Assembly: GCF_964204865.1 (NCBI RefSeq)
Contig: NC_135261.1
Coordinates: 11,346,001 to 11,410,000 of the forward strand
Length of the DNA: 64,000 bases
DNA from: Styela clava
Taxonomy: Eukaryota
Direction: 5' to 3'
The translations under genes were made by a program, and so were the position numbers. The notes below the pieces were generated by a model that was not told the origin of the DNA, did not search any database, and worked only from the letters and a program-made list of their open reading frames with translations. This document shows positions 14,072 through 25,413 of this stretch, one piece after another. Positions within the stretch are counted from its first letter, which is position 1; each line of letters begins with the position of its first letter.

Positions 14072-14589
14072 TCTACTCTATTGTATCATTGCATCTTGAT
14101 ATTGTTGCAGAACTTGTAATATCACTCCATGGTGACTATTGGTTTTTATTTGCTTCAATGAATTAAAACTTTACGTTAGCCCACTTGCCCAAGTATGTGA
14201 TGAGTGACAAAACTCTCTCCAGGTTGACTGCAATTCACAAAATATTGAGTTATCTAAAGCAGTGGGTATGGTGGTAGGCTGGTTGGCTCATTGTGAAGTG
14301 AGTTTCTCAAGGTGGTTTTACATTGTATGTCAGAATTTTTGGTTTCCTGCAAAGGATTTAAACAGGGTTCAATCATATTACCTGGTTCATACCGTAGATC
14401 ATGGAAAGGAAATGCTAGAATGACCCACAAGCAATACTTTAAGTTTAAAGCACTTTTGCACTGTGTAAGTAACACTACGTACGTAAATACATCTGTTTCC
14501 TATGACAGTGTTTACTTCGGGTAGATGTCATGTGTTTTAACTTCTGCCATGCAACATCTCTTTGACAAACTTTTTATGTGCGAGTACTC

Positions 14590-15345
14590 TTCTTGCTTTT
14601 AGATTCTAAACAATGACATGTTTTGTTTGATTGACGTTGTCAAGCAATATTTGACGCAATTCAAAAGTCGAGCTGCACATTAGCATGTTGAACTTTTCCA
14701 GAAATAGAAATATATATTTGGGCATGAGGAGAATCCGGAAAATATTGATGATATATAGAAATTTGTTCCGAATTACAAAAAAATATCTTAAAGTCCATAT
14801 TTTTAAAGGCGCCTAGTATGAAACTGTCCGCTAGATGCTGGATAAGTAGCTGAAATAATCTTTTGGGATTCAGTATTCTCGCAGAATGACAACGTCAATA
14901 AATCAATCTATTGGAAACATTAACGTTTTGCTTCCAAAGTTTGCATACGTGTATGAAAAATAAACTGTTTGTTCTAACACGAGGATATAAGTACTTCATA
15001 CAAAACAATGAATTATAGAATATCTGAATTTTGTAACTTTATCACGAAAAATCAATTTTTAAGACTTACGATGGTCATGCATCTGAAGCGCACTTTCAAT
15101 AGATTCGAAATCTTTTATTTGTGATATCATTTATACGGATATGACAGCTCTTGATTAAAAATATAATAATCTTTAAAATTGGTATTTAACTCAACATTTC
15201 GTGTTTTTGCCTTGAATGTGATGGAAATACACTCAAAATATTTAGTATTTTTAAATTTTACCATACTGAAGTAGGATTCAAATGTTTTGAGAATTCCAAA
15301 TTCGGAAATAAAATTTTCGACTCTGAGACCTATGACGAAACGTGA
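14590..15345 (+). repeat. Diverged copy of the unit-internal dispersed repeat, at the left edge of the array
   Basis: Aligns by eye with 28890-29530 and 27130-27545 (e.g. GATTGACGTTGTCAA, AAGGCGCC.A.TATGAAACT.TCCGCTAG, GAAGTAGGATTCAAATGTTTTGAGAATTCCAAATTC). Confidence 0.8.
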
Positions 15346-15786
15346 TGATTATTAATACCCTAATTAGTCTTCTCTTCAACGATAAACTCAAATTTTTAGG
15401 TAAGGTTCGAAATAATTGATTATCTTATAAATGAATGCAAACTTCACCAAATTCCCAATATTCGACCAACAGAAAACTCGGAATATCGATGGATGTTACT
15501 ACAATTTTTATATTGCGATAAATGTTCCGTCCTCTAAATTCAAATTTAACGCGAATTCAAATTTTTACACTCGGAATTGGAAAAAAATCGATATAATGCG
15601 AACATATGTTGAATATATTTAATTTTTGCAAAGCTGACAACAATCAAATTTCAAAAAAATGGCTGGATATCACAAATATATTTTTTACCATAATACCTTC
15701 TGACATTGGTCCTCTCTCTATTTAACGCGAAATTCAGGGTCTTGAACTTGGAACCGGAATTCTTTAAATGATGCAATTATCTGATA

Positions 15787-16530
15787 AACATGAGGGCCAT
15801 ACACAAATATATGGACACGAGAACCGAAACGAAACAATTCACCATCAATTCCCAGAAAACCATGCAATGTGCTTAACGAAGCTGTATTTTAAAACAGCTA
15901 ATGTACGATAACTTACCAGTATGTTTAAAATGTTCGTTCCAATTTGAAAATTTTGTCCGAAATCAGGCAATCCAATACACTGCGCTTTTTAGCCTAAATA
16001 TGTAGACTCTTTGACTAGTTTGAAGACAGGCAATGATATGCCAATTCATAAATTTTGTCCTAAGTTAGGCAATGTCATGCTGATTTAAAATTTTTGTCCG
16101 GAGTTTTGCAATTCCATTTTTTTGGTTAACGAAATTTATTCCACTACCAGACATTTGATATGCTCGACACTTACGTTATTAGAACTGAAATCTTCAATAT
16201 GTTTTCTGTTTATATTACAGTAATAGTTTGTAACGAAACTTTCCTTATGAAAAAGCCTGCGACTTGTTCTTCGCGACTTACCGTACCTCGATGAGCAACA
16301 CATCGCTTAAAAGGCGCGCTATTCCTAATTTTGATCAGGTCATCGTACACGGAAAAAAAATTCCATGAATCCCACAAAAACTTTGGAAAGGAATAAAAGT
16401 TATAGCCTTCTAGCGAACAATACAATCTTTGACAACTGGAAATTTCAAAGCAATTGTTCCAGTATTTAGAAAAAAAAATAAAAGATCAGAAGAAAATAAC
16501 AAGTACAACATAATAACAAAACAACATATC
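15787..16530 (-). mobile_element. Old degenerate copy of the Helentron-type element family (present in every unit)
   Basis: CAAATATATGGACACG near the left end and TAGCCTTCTAGCG...AAATTTCAAAGCAATTG.TCCAGTATT...AACAACAT near the right end match the young element at 38772-40021. Equivalent copies start near 34760, 46420 and 56740. Confidence 0.6.
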
Positions 16531-17134
16531 ATCACCCTGATAAAACATTAGGTTCAATTTTTTCAAAATTCGGCAGGAATTTCGCTTGAATAGCGATGTT
16601 CTGGAAACATCAATGCACTTTCTTCACCAAAAAATTGTACGACATCTTAACGTCAAAAAACGACAACATAAGGAAAATCCATTTTCTAATCAATGTACAT
16701 GTATTGTTAATATATAAAATAAAACCAATGAGCAACGGTGAATAATCGAATCACAGTTGAAAATAAGTGAATAGAGAATTTCTGTTCACCAAATGGCGTA
16801 ATTCACAGACTCCGTGTTCTTTTCAGTTTTTTATAAAAAATGGCATTCTTGCATATTGTACTTTCTTGTTGTACCTTAATGGTTCATTATAGAGATGGAT
16901 ATTGGCATTAGATGTTAATTCCTTATATATGTACCAGGTACAAAGTGTATCCTTAATTGTTATAAAATGAAGATTTTTTATGAAACGAGAGTTATACCAT
17001 AAATTTCCTTTCAGTAAACAATGTATTTCTATATCACGTAAATAATAAAGTTCAATGGTTTTCCAAATACTCTCTTTTGACTCATCTATGAGGTGATACA
17101 ACCATTTCAGTTTTTAAAAAATAAAGGTACTTTC

Positions 17135-18255
17135 TGTTAGCGAGAATCATAACGTGTTTCTAATTTGATGACGTTTTACGTTGTTACGCAGACGTTGCAA
17201 ACGTATCGACGCAGCATTATTGCGACAGAGTCCTGTTTCTCGATTAATCCCGGGAATTCTAAATTATCGCCACGCTGCTTCGATGAGTTGGCACCTTCTG
17301 TCCTTGTATACAGTGTAATCTATTGCGCTAGGAGTTGTTTATCGTGTTTAATATTGGGTTTACTATTCGCGGTTAGGATAAACGATTCGAATTGAAGTTA
17401 ATAATTGGGTTTAAAATCAACGGTTCATACTGGAGTTGTAATGTAATGTAGGGATACAGTTTAGGGTTGTAATATAGTCCAAATAGAATGATAAATACTC
17501 TTTCTTGTATTTAGTCACATAAGTTAAGTTGTATTTACTTTGGATTATAAATTGTTGAATTGAGTTGCCTGGAGATCCTAAACATTCGGTATGTAAATAT
17601 TGTTTTATCTTGTATGATTTATTCTGTAATTTAGTATTGTGAATACTATTTTATCCTATGTGATTTAATCCGTACATAATTGTGACATATGGTTATCTGC
17701 TAATTGGTGTGAATTGTTATTGCTTGTAAAAATGGTAATGCTGTTATATTTGATTAATTGTGCCATATAAGCTATTTAGTTTTATCTATTATTTTGGCAG
17801 AAAACCGTTCCATTAACAACGTTCCTTTACGTTCCTCATACCCGGTATCAAGATTTACGTTACGTTCCATTAACAACGTTCCTTTACGTTCCTCATACCC
17901 GGTATCAAGATTTACGTTACGTTCCATTAACAACGTTCCGTTTCCGGTACCCAGCAAGTTCTATTTTCCTGATTCATGTTCGAGATTTGATTTGAAGTGT
18001 CTGTTGATTGTTATTAAAGATATTCACCGATTTCAAGTTGAATTATATTGGGGCAGCATTTGAAATGCACAGAAGAATCTGGCGGCACTTTAACCGCTGT
18101 TTACAGACTTTAATTGCTTGAAAGCACGGACTAGTTGTAACAATTAACCGATATAGGTTTGGGGTCAGGACTGGGGTATTGGGACGCGTTTTTGAAGTCT
18201 CCAATCTCTTAATGTGCGTGAGAAGTAACCAGGCTACATAGAATCGAGCGCAACA
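17135..18255 (+). repeat. 5' LTR (1121 bp)
   Basis: Direct repeat of 24350-25413; contains two full 57-bp internal units (17806-17919). Confidence 0.96.
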
Positions 18256-18390
18256 TTAAAGTTTTCGAATGCAGGAAAACTGAAGTTTTCTATTTCGAAA
18301 TCAAACCAGAGTATTGTAAGCAGCAATTGAAAGATATCAAACTTTTCAATTGATCCTAGATTGAGTGAAGAAAGTTACTTAAAAGTCGAA

Positions 18391-21300
18391 ATGGCTGCAA
18401 AACCAGTTTCACAAGAAGAACTGGAACGTTTATTGGCTGATCTGAATGGTCAGTATAGATCAGCAGAAGAATTGATGTTGAATCCAAGAAATAAGGAGAT
18501 TCTACACTCCCAAGTAAAAGAAATAGATGCAATGTTTGTGGAGTATTCTAAAGCTTATGAAATACATGTTGCAGAACTGCCAGTAGATGAAGAGGCTCAA
18601 AGAGTAGCTAAAGAATCTTTCCAGAGAGAAAGTTATGGATATGAAGAGTTCAAAGCACATGTTGAAGAGTGGCTTTCCAGACAAGAAAGCACACAAATCG
18701 TTGAGAATCCTCCATGAAAACCACAATCTATAGCTAGTAGAAAATCATCTAATATGTCAAGACCTCGATCTGCAAGGACAGCATCGAGTTACAAAAGTAC
18801 AAGTTCCAGTTACAAGAGAACTGAGGCAATAGCTGTCAGAGAACTTGCAAAATTGAAAATGAAGCAACTGTCAGAGTTGGAACAGGCGGAACGAAATACT
18901 CAAGAAATAAAATCAGCATCAGAAAGAGAAATAGGGCGATTACAAGCTATACACGAATATCAAGCCGCATGTGTAGAGGCTGAAATGTGGGAAAGAAGCT
19001 CTAATCGCAATGAAAGGGTCCAGTTTCAAGAAATGGACCACCGATAGCACAATTGGTAGAATGTGAAGCAGCACAGGCTGAAGTAAACACACCTCAAGTG
19101 GGTCAAACCAATTGTATTGTGCCTCCTAGAGAGCCACAAGTTAGATTATCCCTGGATCCGGTCCAGGAAGTGGTTGCGGAAGTGATGCATCCCGTTAATC
19201 AAGAATTTCGAACTAGACAAGGTGGAATGAGACAGGCTAATTTGGTGAGTCCTGTAGAAGTACCTAATATGCCATCACAAGATGTTGGCTCAATTCTTGC
19301 TACTATGACATCTACAATGCGTGACATGGTAGATTTACCTAAACCCGAATTACTTTCGTTTCATGGTTCACATGAAGAATATACAAGGTTCATGAATAGT
19401 TTCAAGATAAATATTGAGAACAAGATTTCAGATGACAATCTGAGATTGACTTACTTGCAACAGTTTTGCAAAGGTAAAGCAAGAGAATTGATTCGTCAAT
19501 GTTCTGTATATCCTCCTACAGAAGGATTGACTTTAGCAAAGAGACTTCTAAGAGAAGCTTACGGAAGACCATTGTTGATTGCCAGAACTTATATGAAAGA
19601 GTTAATACATGGTCCAATGTTGAAACCAGATGATCGAGATAGTCTTCTGGATCTTTCTCATAAAATGGAAGAATGTTACCTAACGCTGTCGCATTGGAAG
19701 CAATATTCAGATCTAAATAATTTTGACAATATTGCTCAACTTTCATGTAGATTACCCTTGAAGTACCATAATAAATGGGAAGAGGAGGCAGCAGATTATG
19801 AGAATAGAAACATTGAACTAAAATTTGAACATCTTTTAAAGTTTGTCAAGAAAGCAGCAATTACGGCACAATCATCGATGGGCAAAGCTATGAGAGCTCA
19901 TAAAGAGAGGGAAAAGGCTAAACACCCTCAAAAGAAGAGAATTTATGCAAATTCCACTTCAACAAGTGGTGATGGCAAACCTGAACAATCTACCGAGAGA
20001 AAAGGTACACTTGTGAGAAATAGATACAGATGTGTTATCTGTTCAAAAGATCATTTTCTTATTCATTGTCCAGAGTTTGAAAGAAAATCTGCAAGTGAAC
20101 GCGAGGCTACAATTCGTGAATTTCATATTTGCAGAAACTGTTTATACATTGGTCATATGGCACGGCAATGTCGTAAGAATCCTGCATGTACTGAGAGAGG
20201 AGGTGGTGGCAGACATCATAGAATGCTTCATCGAAATGTTGCAGATACTAAGCGAAAAGAGCAAAGTACAAGTTCCGCTACTCAAACTGCTACATCGGGA
20301 TCAACCTTAACGAACTATACCAGAAATTCAGCTGGAGTATACTTGAATATAGTTCCAGTGAAAGTATCCTCACCTCAAGGTAGAGAAATTGAAGTATACT
20401 GTTTCCTAGACGAGGGAAGCACCTCTTGTCTATGTGATAAAAGATTGATGGAACTTTTAGAGATGGATGGTGAACCAATGAGTTATTGCATTACTACTGT
20501 AAACACACCGAATCCACAGAAACAAGATGGATTCGCTCTTGACTTAACTGTTAAACCACTGAAAGGGGAAGGTTGTGTGACATTACATCGTGTGCTCACT
20601 GTGGATGAAATTCCGACAGTACCGAATAAATTACCTAAAAGGATTGAATTACAAAGACATGAATATCTCGAGGGTATTGAATTTCCAAAATTACCAGATG
20701 AAAGAGTGATGCTCATGATTGGCGTGAATGTACCTGAAGTATTCTGGGTAAAAGATGAAAGGCGTGGTACTACAACTGAACCAGTTGCAAAAAGAAGTAT
20801 TCTTGGTTGGTCACTGGTTGGGCCTGCTTTTAATAAAGCTTCTCGGAATGAAAGTTTTCATGTACAAGTAAATCTTGCTGAAGTGAAAAGTGAAGATCTT
20901 CAACGACAAATTAGAGAGATGTGGGAAACAGATTTCAAAGATATATCATTGACTCCCACACCAACATTGTCAAGAGAAGATAAGTATGCATTACAACTGA
21001 TGGAAGATAATATAAAGATGGTGGATGGACATTACCAATCTCCGTTACCATGGAAACCAGGATGTCCTGAATTTCCTAATAATCGTGATGCAGTTATGAG
21101 AAGAACCAACAATTTGGGAAAACGCTTGTTGAAGAATGATGTTTTAAGGGACAAATATTGCAGTACCATGGCTGAATTTATAAGGAAAAGACGGGCAAGG
21201 AAAATTCCTGCTGCTGAATTTGAAGCACCCATTCGTAAAGCGTGGTATCTTCCTCATCAACCCGTTACATCAGAACAGAAACCTGGTAAAGTACGCCTGG

Positions 21301-24252
21301 TATTTGATGCAGGTGCAAGATATTTGAACACATCACTGAATGATCAATTACTGCAAGGTCCAGATATGGCAAATGGATTGTTATCTGTTTTGCTACGTTT
21401 CAGAATGTACAAATATGGTATAACTGCAGATATAGAAGCTATGTTCTTACAAGCTCGTGTAACTCCTAGGGATGTTGATGCATTGAGATTCCTATTTTGG
21501 CCTGATGGAGATTTGACAAAAACTCCTGTCGATCATCAGATGTTAGTGCATTGTTTTGGAAATACATCAAGTCCATTTTGTGCAAATTACTGTTTAAGGA
21601 GAACTGCAGAGGATTTTGGAAAAGACTTTCCATCAGATATAAGTGACAATATCAAAGATAATTCATATATAGATAACTTCCTACTTGGAGCAGATAGTAT
21701 ATCTTACTTACTTACTGAACTTACTGAGCTTACTGAACTTACTTACTGAGGTTTTCATTTAAACAAATGGAGGAGTAATTCAGAAGAAATTATTTCTTGT
21801 GTTCCAGAAAAGGATAGAGCACAAATTCAAACAAACGTAAATTTAGACTCAAATCGTTTTGAACGAGTTTTGGGAGTTGTGTGGTTCGTGATAGAAGATT
21901 GCTTTGGATTTAATACAAAGCTGAAGACAAAACCTGCTACGAAAAGAGGAGTTCTAGCAATTCTTAGTTCCGTATTTGATCCCATGGGTATTGTATCACC
22001 TGTGATATTGCAAGCAAGACCTATATTCCAAGAGTTATGTCGTCAACAATTGGGATGGAATGAAACTATTGGAGCAAATGAACAAATAGCATGGGAAAGC
22101 TGGACTAAAGCAATTCCAGAATTATCAGAAGTCAAATTACCAAGATACATTAAACCGAATTCATTTGGGGTTATTGTTTCACAAGAATTACATCATTTTG
22201 GCGATGCATCACAAGTTGCCTATGGAACAGTTTCATATTTGAGGTTATCCGATGAAAACGGTCAAATTCACTGTTCATTTTTACTTGGAAAATCAAGATT
22301 GTGTCCTATCAAGACAATATGTTCACTTCCACGGCTGGAAATTACAGCTGCTGCGCTTTGTGTGCGAGTGGATATGTTTTTAAGACGTCAATTAAAATTT
22401 GAGAAGAATGTTAAGTCTATATTCTGGAGTGATAGTACAGCTACTATCCAATCAATTTACAATTCGTCGAAAAGATTTCCTACTTTCATAGCTAACCGAT
22501 TAGCAAAAATTGAAGAAGGTTCAGAACCACATCAATGGCATTATGTTCCAAGTGAATTGAACCCAGCGGATTATGCATCCCGTGGAATGACAGCAAAGAA
22601 ATTGATTGCAAAGAAATCATGGTTACAAGGACCAGAATTTCTCTACCAGAATGAAGAGAACTGGCCACAAATGCCAGTTAAATTACCAGATTTACCATTG
22701 GAATTTATTCTGAAGAAGCCAATTAACGTTCTAGTGAATCTAGTGACAGAGAATAAACCTTTGGACAAGTTTATCAACTAATATTCTTCATGGTATAAGT
22801 TGAAGAAAGCTACCGCATGGATTATCAGATTCAAAATTTATTTACAAGCTAAACCAACAGTTCAAAAAGGTAAATTGCAAACAGAAGAGTTGAGAAGATC
22901 CGAAAATGAGCTGATAAAGTATTTACAAAATTGTGAGTTGAATAAAGTTATTGCAAAGTTACAAAATTCTGATGTACAAGGGAAAAGTGTGCTTAGAAAT
23001 TTGAAAATTGCACCTTCAATGCAAAAGTTGAATCCTGTTTTAATTGAAGGAATATTGAGAGTGGGTGGAAGATTGCAGAACGCACCCATAGAATTTGATT
23101 TGAAACATCCAATAATACTGCCAAGTAACCATCATATCACACAGTTGATTGTCAGAGAATACCATAAAAGTTCACATCATTGTGGAGCAAGTCATACATG
23201 GAATTTGCTGAGACAGAAGTTCTGGATTATCAATGGAGCTGTTGTTGTAAAGCGAAATATTCGTAACTGCATATTCTGCAAAAAGAGAAATGCAAAAAGA
23301 GAAAAGCAATTTATGGCTGACCTACCTAAAGAGCGTGTGACACCAGATCAACCACCATTCACATGTGTTGGAGTTGACAACTTCGGACCGTTGTTGGTGA
23401 AGCAAGGAAGAAGTTCTGTAAAGAGATGGGGCTTGATAATAACCTGTGCAACAACTAGAGCAGTGCATTTGGAAATTGTGCATAGTATGGATGTCAATTC
23501 ATTTATTAATGGGTTAAGAAGATTCATAGCCAGAAGAGGCAAGATTTCAACCATTATTTGTGATAATGGGAGCAATTTTACAGCTGGAAATAAAGTATTG
23601 AAGAAAGAAATTCAAATTTGGAATTCCAGTAAAATGGGAGAATTTTGCAGACAAAGTGATATCATATTCAAGTTCAATCCTCCCACAGCTTCACACTGGA
23701 GGTTTCTATGAAAGACTCATCAGATCAGCAAGAAAGATACTGACTGCTTTATTGCATGATCAATTGGTTACTGATGAAGCGTTGTCTACTATATTTTGTG
23801 AAGTTGAAAGTCAATTGAATTCAAGACCACTTACACCTATTAGTATGGATCCTTTGGATGAAGAACCACTTTCACCAAATCATTTATTGTTGCTGAAGCA
23901 TAAAGCAAATTTACCACCAGGAATATTTGACAAGAAAGATTGTTATGCGAGAAGAAGATGGCGTCAAATACAATATTTGGCTGACCAATTCTGGATAAGA
24001 TGGTCCAGAGAAGTACTCGTCAATCTACAAGCTCGACATAAATGGTTGAAGAAGGAAGACAATTTCAAAGTCGATGATCTTGTGTTACTGGTTGACAACA
24101 CAATACCAAGAGGGAAGTGGTTGACTGGCAGAATTATGGAAGTTATACCAGACAAATTTGGAGCTGTCAGACAAGTGACTGTCATAACTTCTCATGGGTT
24201 TTTAAGAAGACCAATAGCAAAACTTTGTATGATTCAGAGAGCTGATGAGTAA
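18391..24252 (+). pseudogene. BEL/Pao gag-pol polyprotein pseudogene
   Basis: CVICSKDHFLIHC / CRNCLYIGHMARQC / C...HHRMLH knuckles; protease FLDEGS; RT WYLPH, VFDA, LNDQLLQGP, DIEAMFLQ, FGNTSSPF, YIDN; RNase H HFGDAS, PRLE, WSDS, NPAD; integrase H..H/CIFC, GVDNFGP, DNGSNF, YERLI. In-frame stops at 18715, 21747, 22779; frameshifts near 19050 and 23695. Confidence 0.93.
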
Positions 24253-24338
24253 TTCATTGTTAGTTGTATTACTTATTTGTGATGATTCTCACTTTTTCTT
24301 TTTGAATTGTAAGATGTATTCTCTTCGTTCCTACATCT

Positions 24339-24349
24339 GGGGCGGGGAA
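24339..24349 (+). promoter_or_regulatory. Polypurine tract of the BEL element
   Basis: GGGGCGGGGAA immediately 5' of the 3' LTR. Confidence 0.8.
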
Positions 24350-25413
24350 TGTTAGCGAGAATCATAACGTGTTTCTAATTTGATGACGTTTTACGTTGTT
24401 ACGCAGACGTTGCAAACGTATCGACGCAGCATTATTGCGACAGAGTCCTGTTTCTCGATTAATCCCGGGAATTCTAAATTATCGCCACGCTGCTTCGATG
24501 AGTTGGCACCTTCTGTCCTTGTATACAGTGTAATCTATTGCGCTAGGAGTTGTTTATCGTGTTTAATATTGGGTTTACTATTCGCGGTTAGGATAAACGA
24601 TTCGAATTGAAGTTATTAATTGGGTTTAAAATCAACGGTTCATACTGGAGTTGTAATGTAATGTAGGGATACAGGTTAGGGTTGTAATATAGTCCAAATA
24701 GAATGATAAATACTATTTCTTGTATTTAGTCACATAAGTTAAGTTGTATTTACTTTGGATTATAAATTGTTGAATTGAGTTGCCTGGAGATCCTAAACAT
24801 TCGGTATGTAAATATTGTTTTATCTTTTATGATTTATTCTGTAATTTAGTATTGTGAATACTATTTTATCCTATGTGATTTAATCCGTACATAATTGTGA
24901 CATATGGTTATCTGCTAATTGATGTGAATTGTTATTGCTTGTAAAAATGGTAATGCTGTTATATTTGATTAATTGTGCCATATAAGCTATTTAGTTTTAT
25001 CTATTATTTTGGCAGAAAACCGTTCCATTAACAACGTTCCTTTACGTTCCTCATACCCGGTATCAAGATTTACGTTACGTTCCATTAACAACGTTCCGTT
25101 TCCGGTACCCAGCAAGTTCTATTTTCCTGATTCATGTTCGAGATTTGATTTGAAGTGTCTGTTGATTGTTATTAAAGATATTCACCGATTTCAAGTTGAA
25201 TTATATTGGGGCAGCATTTGAAATGCACAGAAGAATCTGGCGGCACTTTAACCGCTGTTTACAGACTTTAATTGCTTGAAAGCACGGACTAGTTGTAACA
25301 ATTAACCGATATAGGTTTGGGGTCAGGACTGGGGTATTGGGACGCGTTTTTGAAGTCTCCAATCTCTTAATGTGCGTGAGAAGTAACCAGGCTACATAGA
25401 ATCGAGCGCAACA
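24350..25413 (+). repeat. 3' LTR (1064 bp)
   Basis: Direct repeat of the 5' LTR with one 57-bp unit fewer and at least 5 substitutions. Confidence 0.96.

Larger units (their letters stand above)
17135..25413 (+). mobile_element. Full-length BEL/Pao LTR retrotransposon (8279 bp), inactivated
   Basis: LTRs TGTT...AACA; 5-bp TSD CTTTC (17130-17134, 25414-25418); single CTTTC at the empty site in unit 2 (36106-36110). Domain order gag-PR-RT-RNaseH-IN with three Zn knuckles is characteristic of BEL/Pao. Confidence 0.97.

Noticed and set aside
17806-17939. Short repeats as a CRISPR array or repeat protein (RSINNVPLRSSYPVSRFTL)
   Set aside because: Contiguous tandem units without spacers, inside a eukaryotic LTR; no cas genes.
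24253-24338. env-like ORF in the BEL element
   Set aside because: Only ~90 bp lie between the integrase stop and the PPT.
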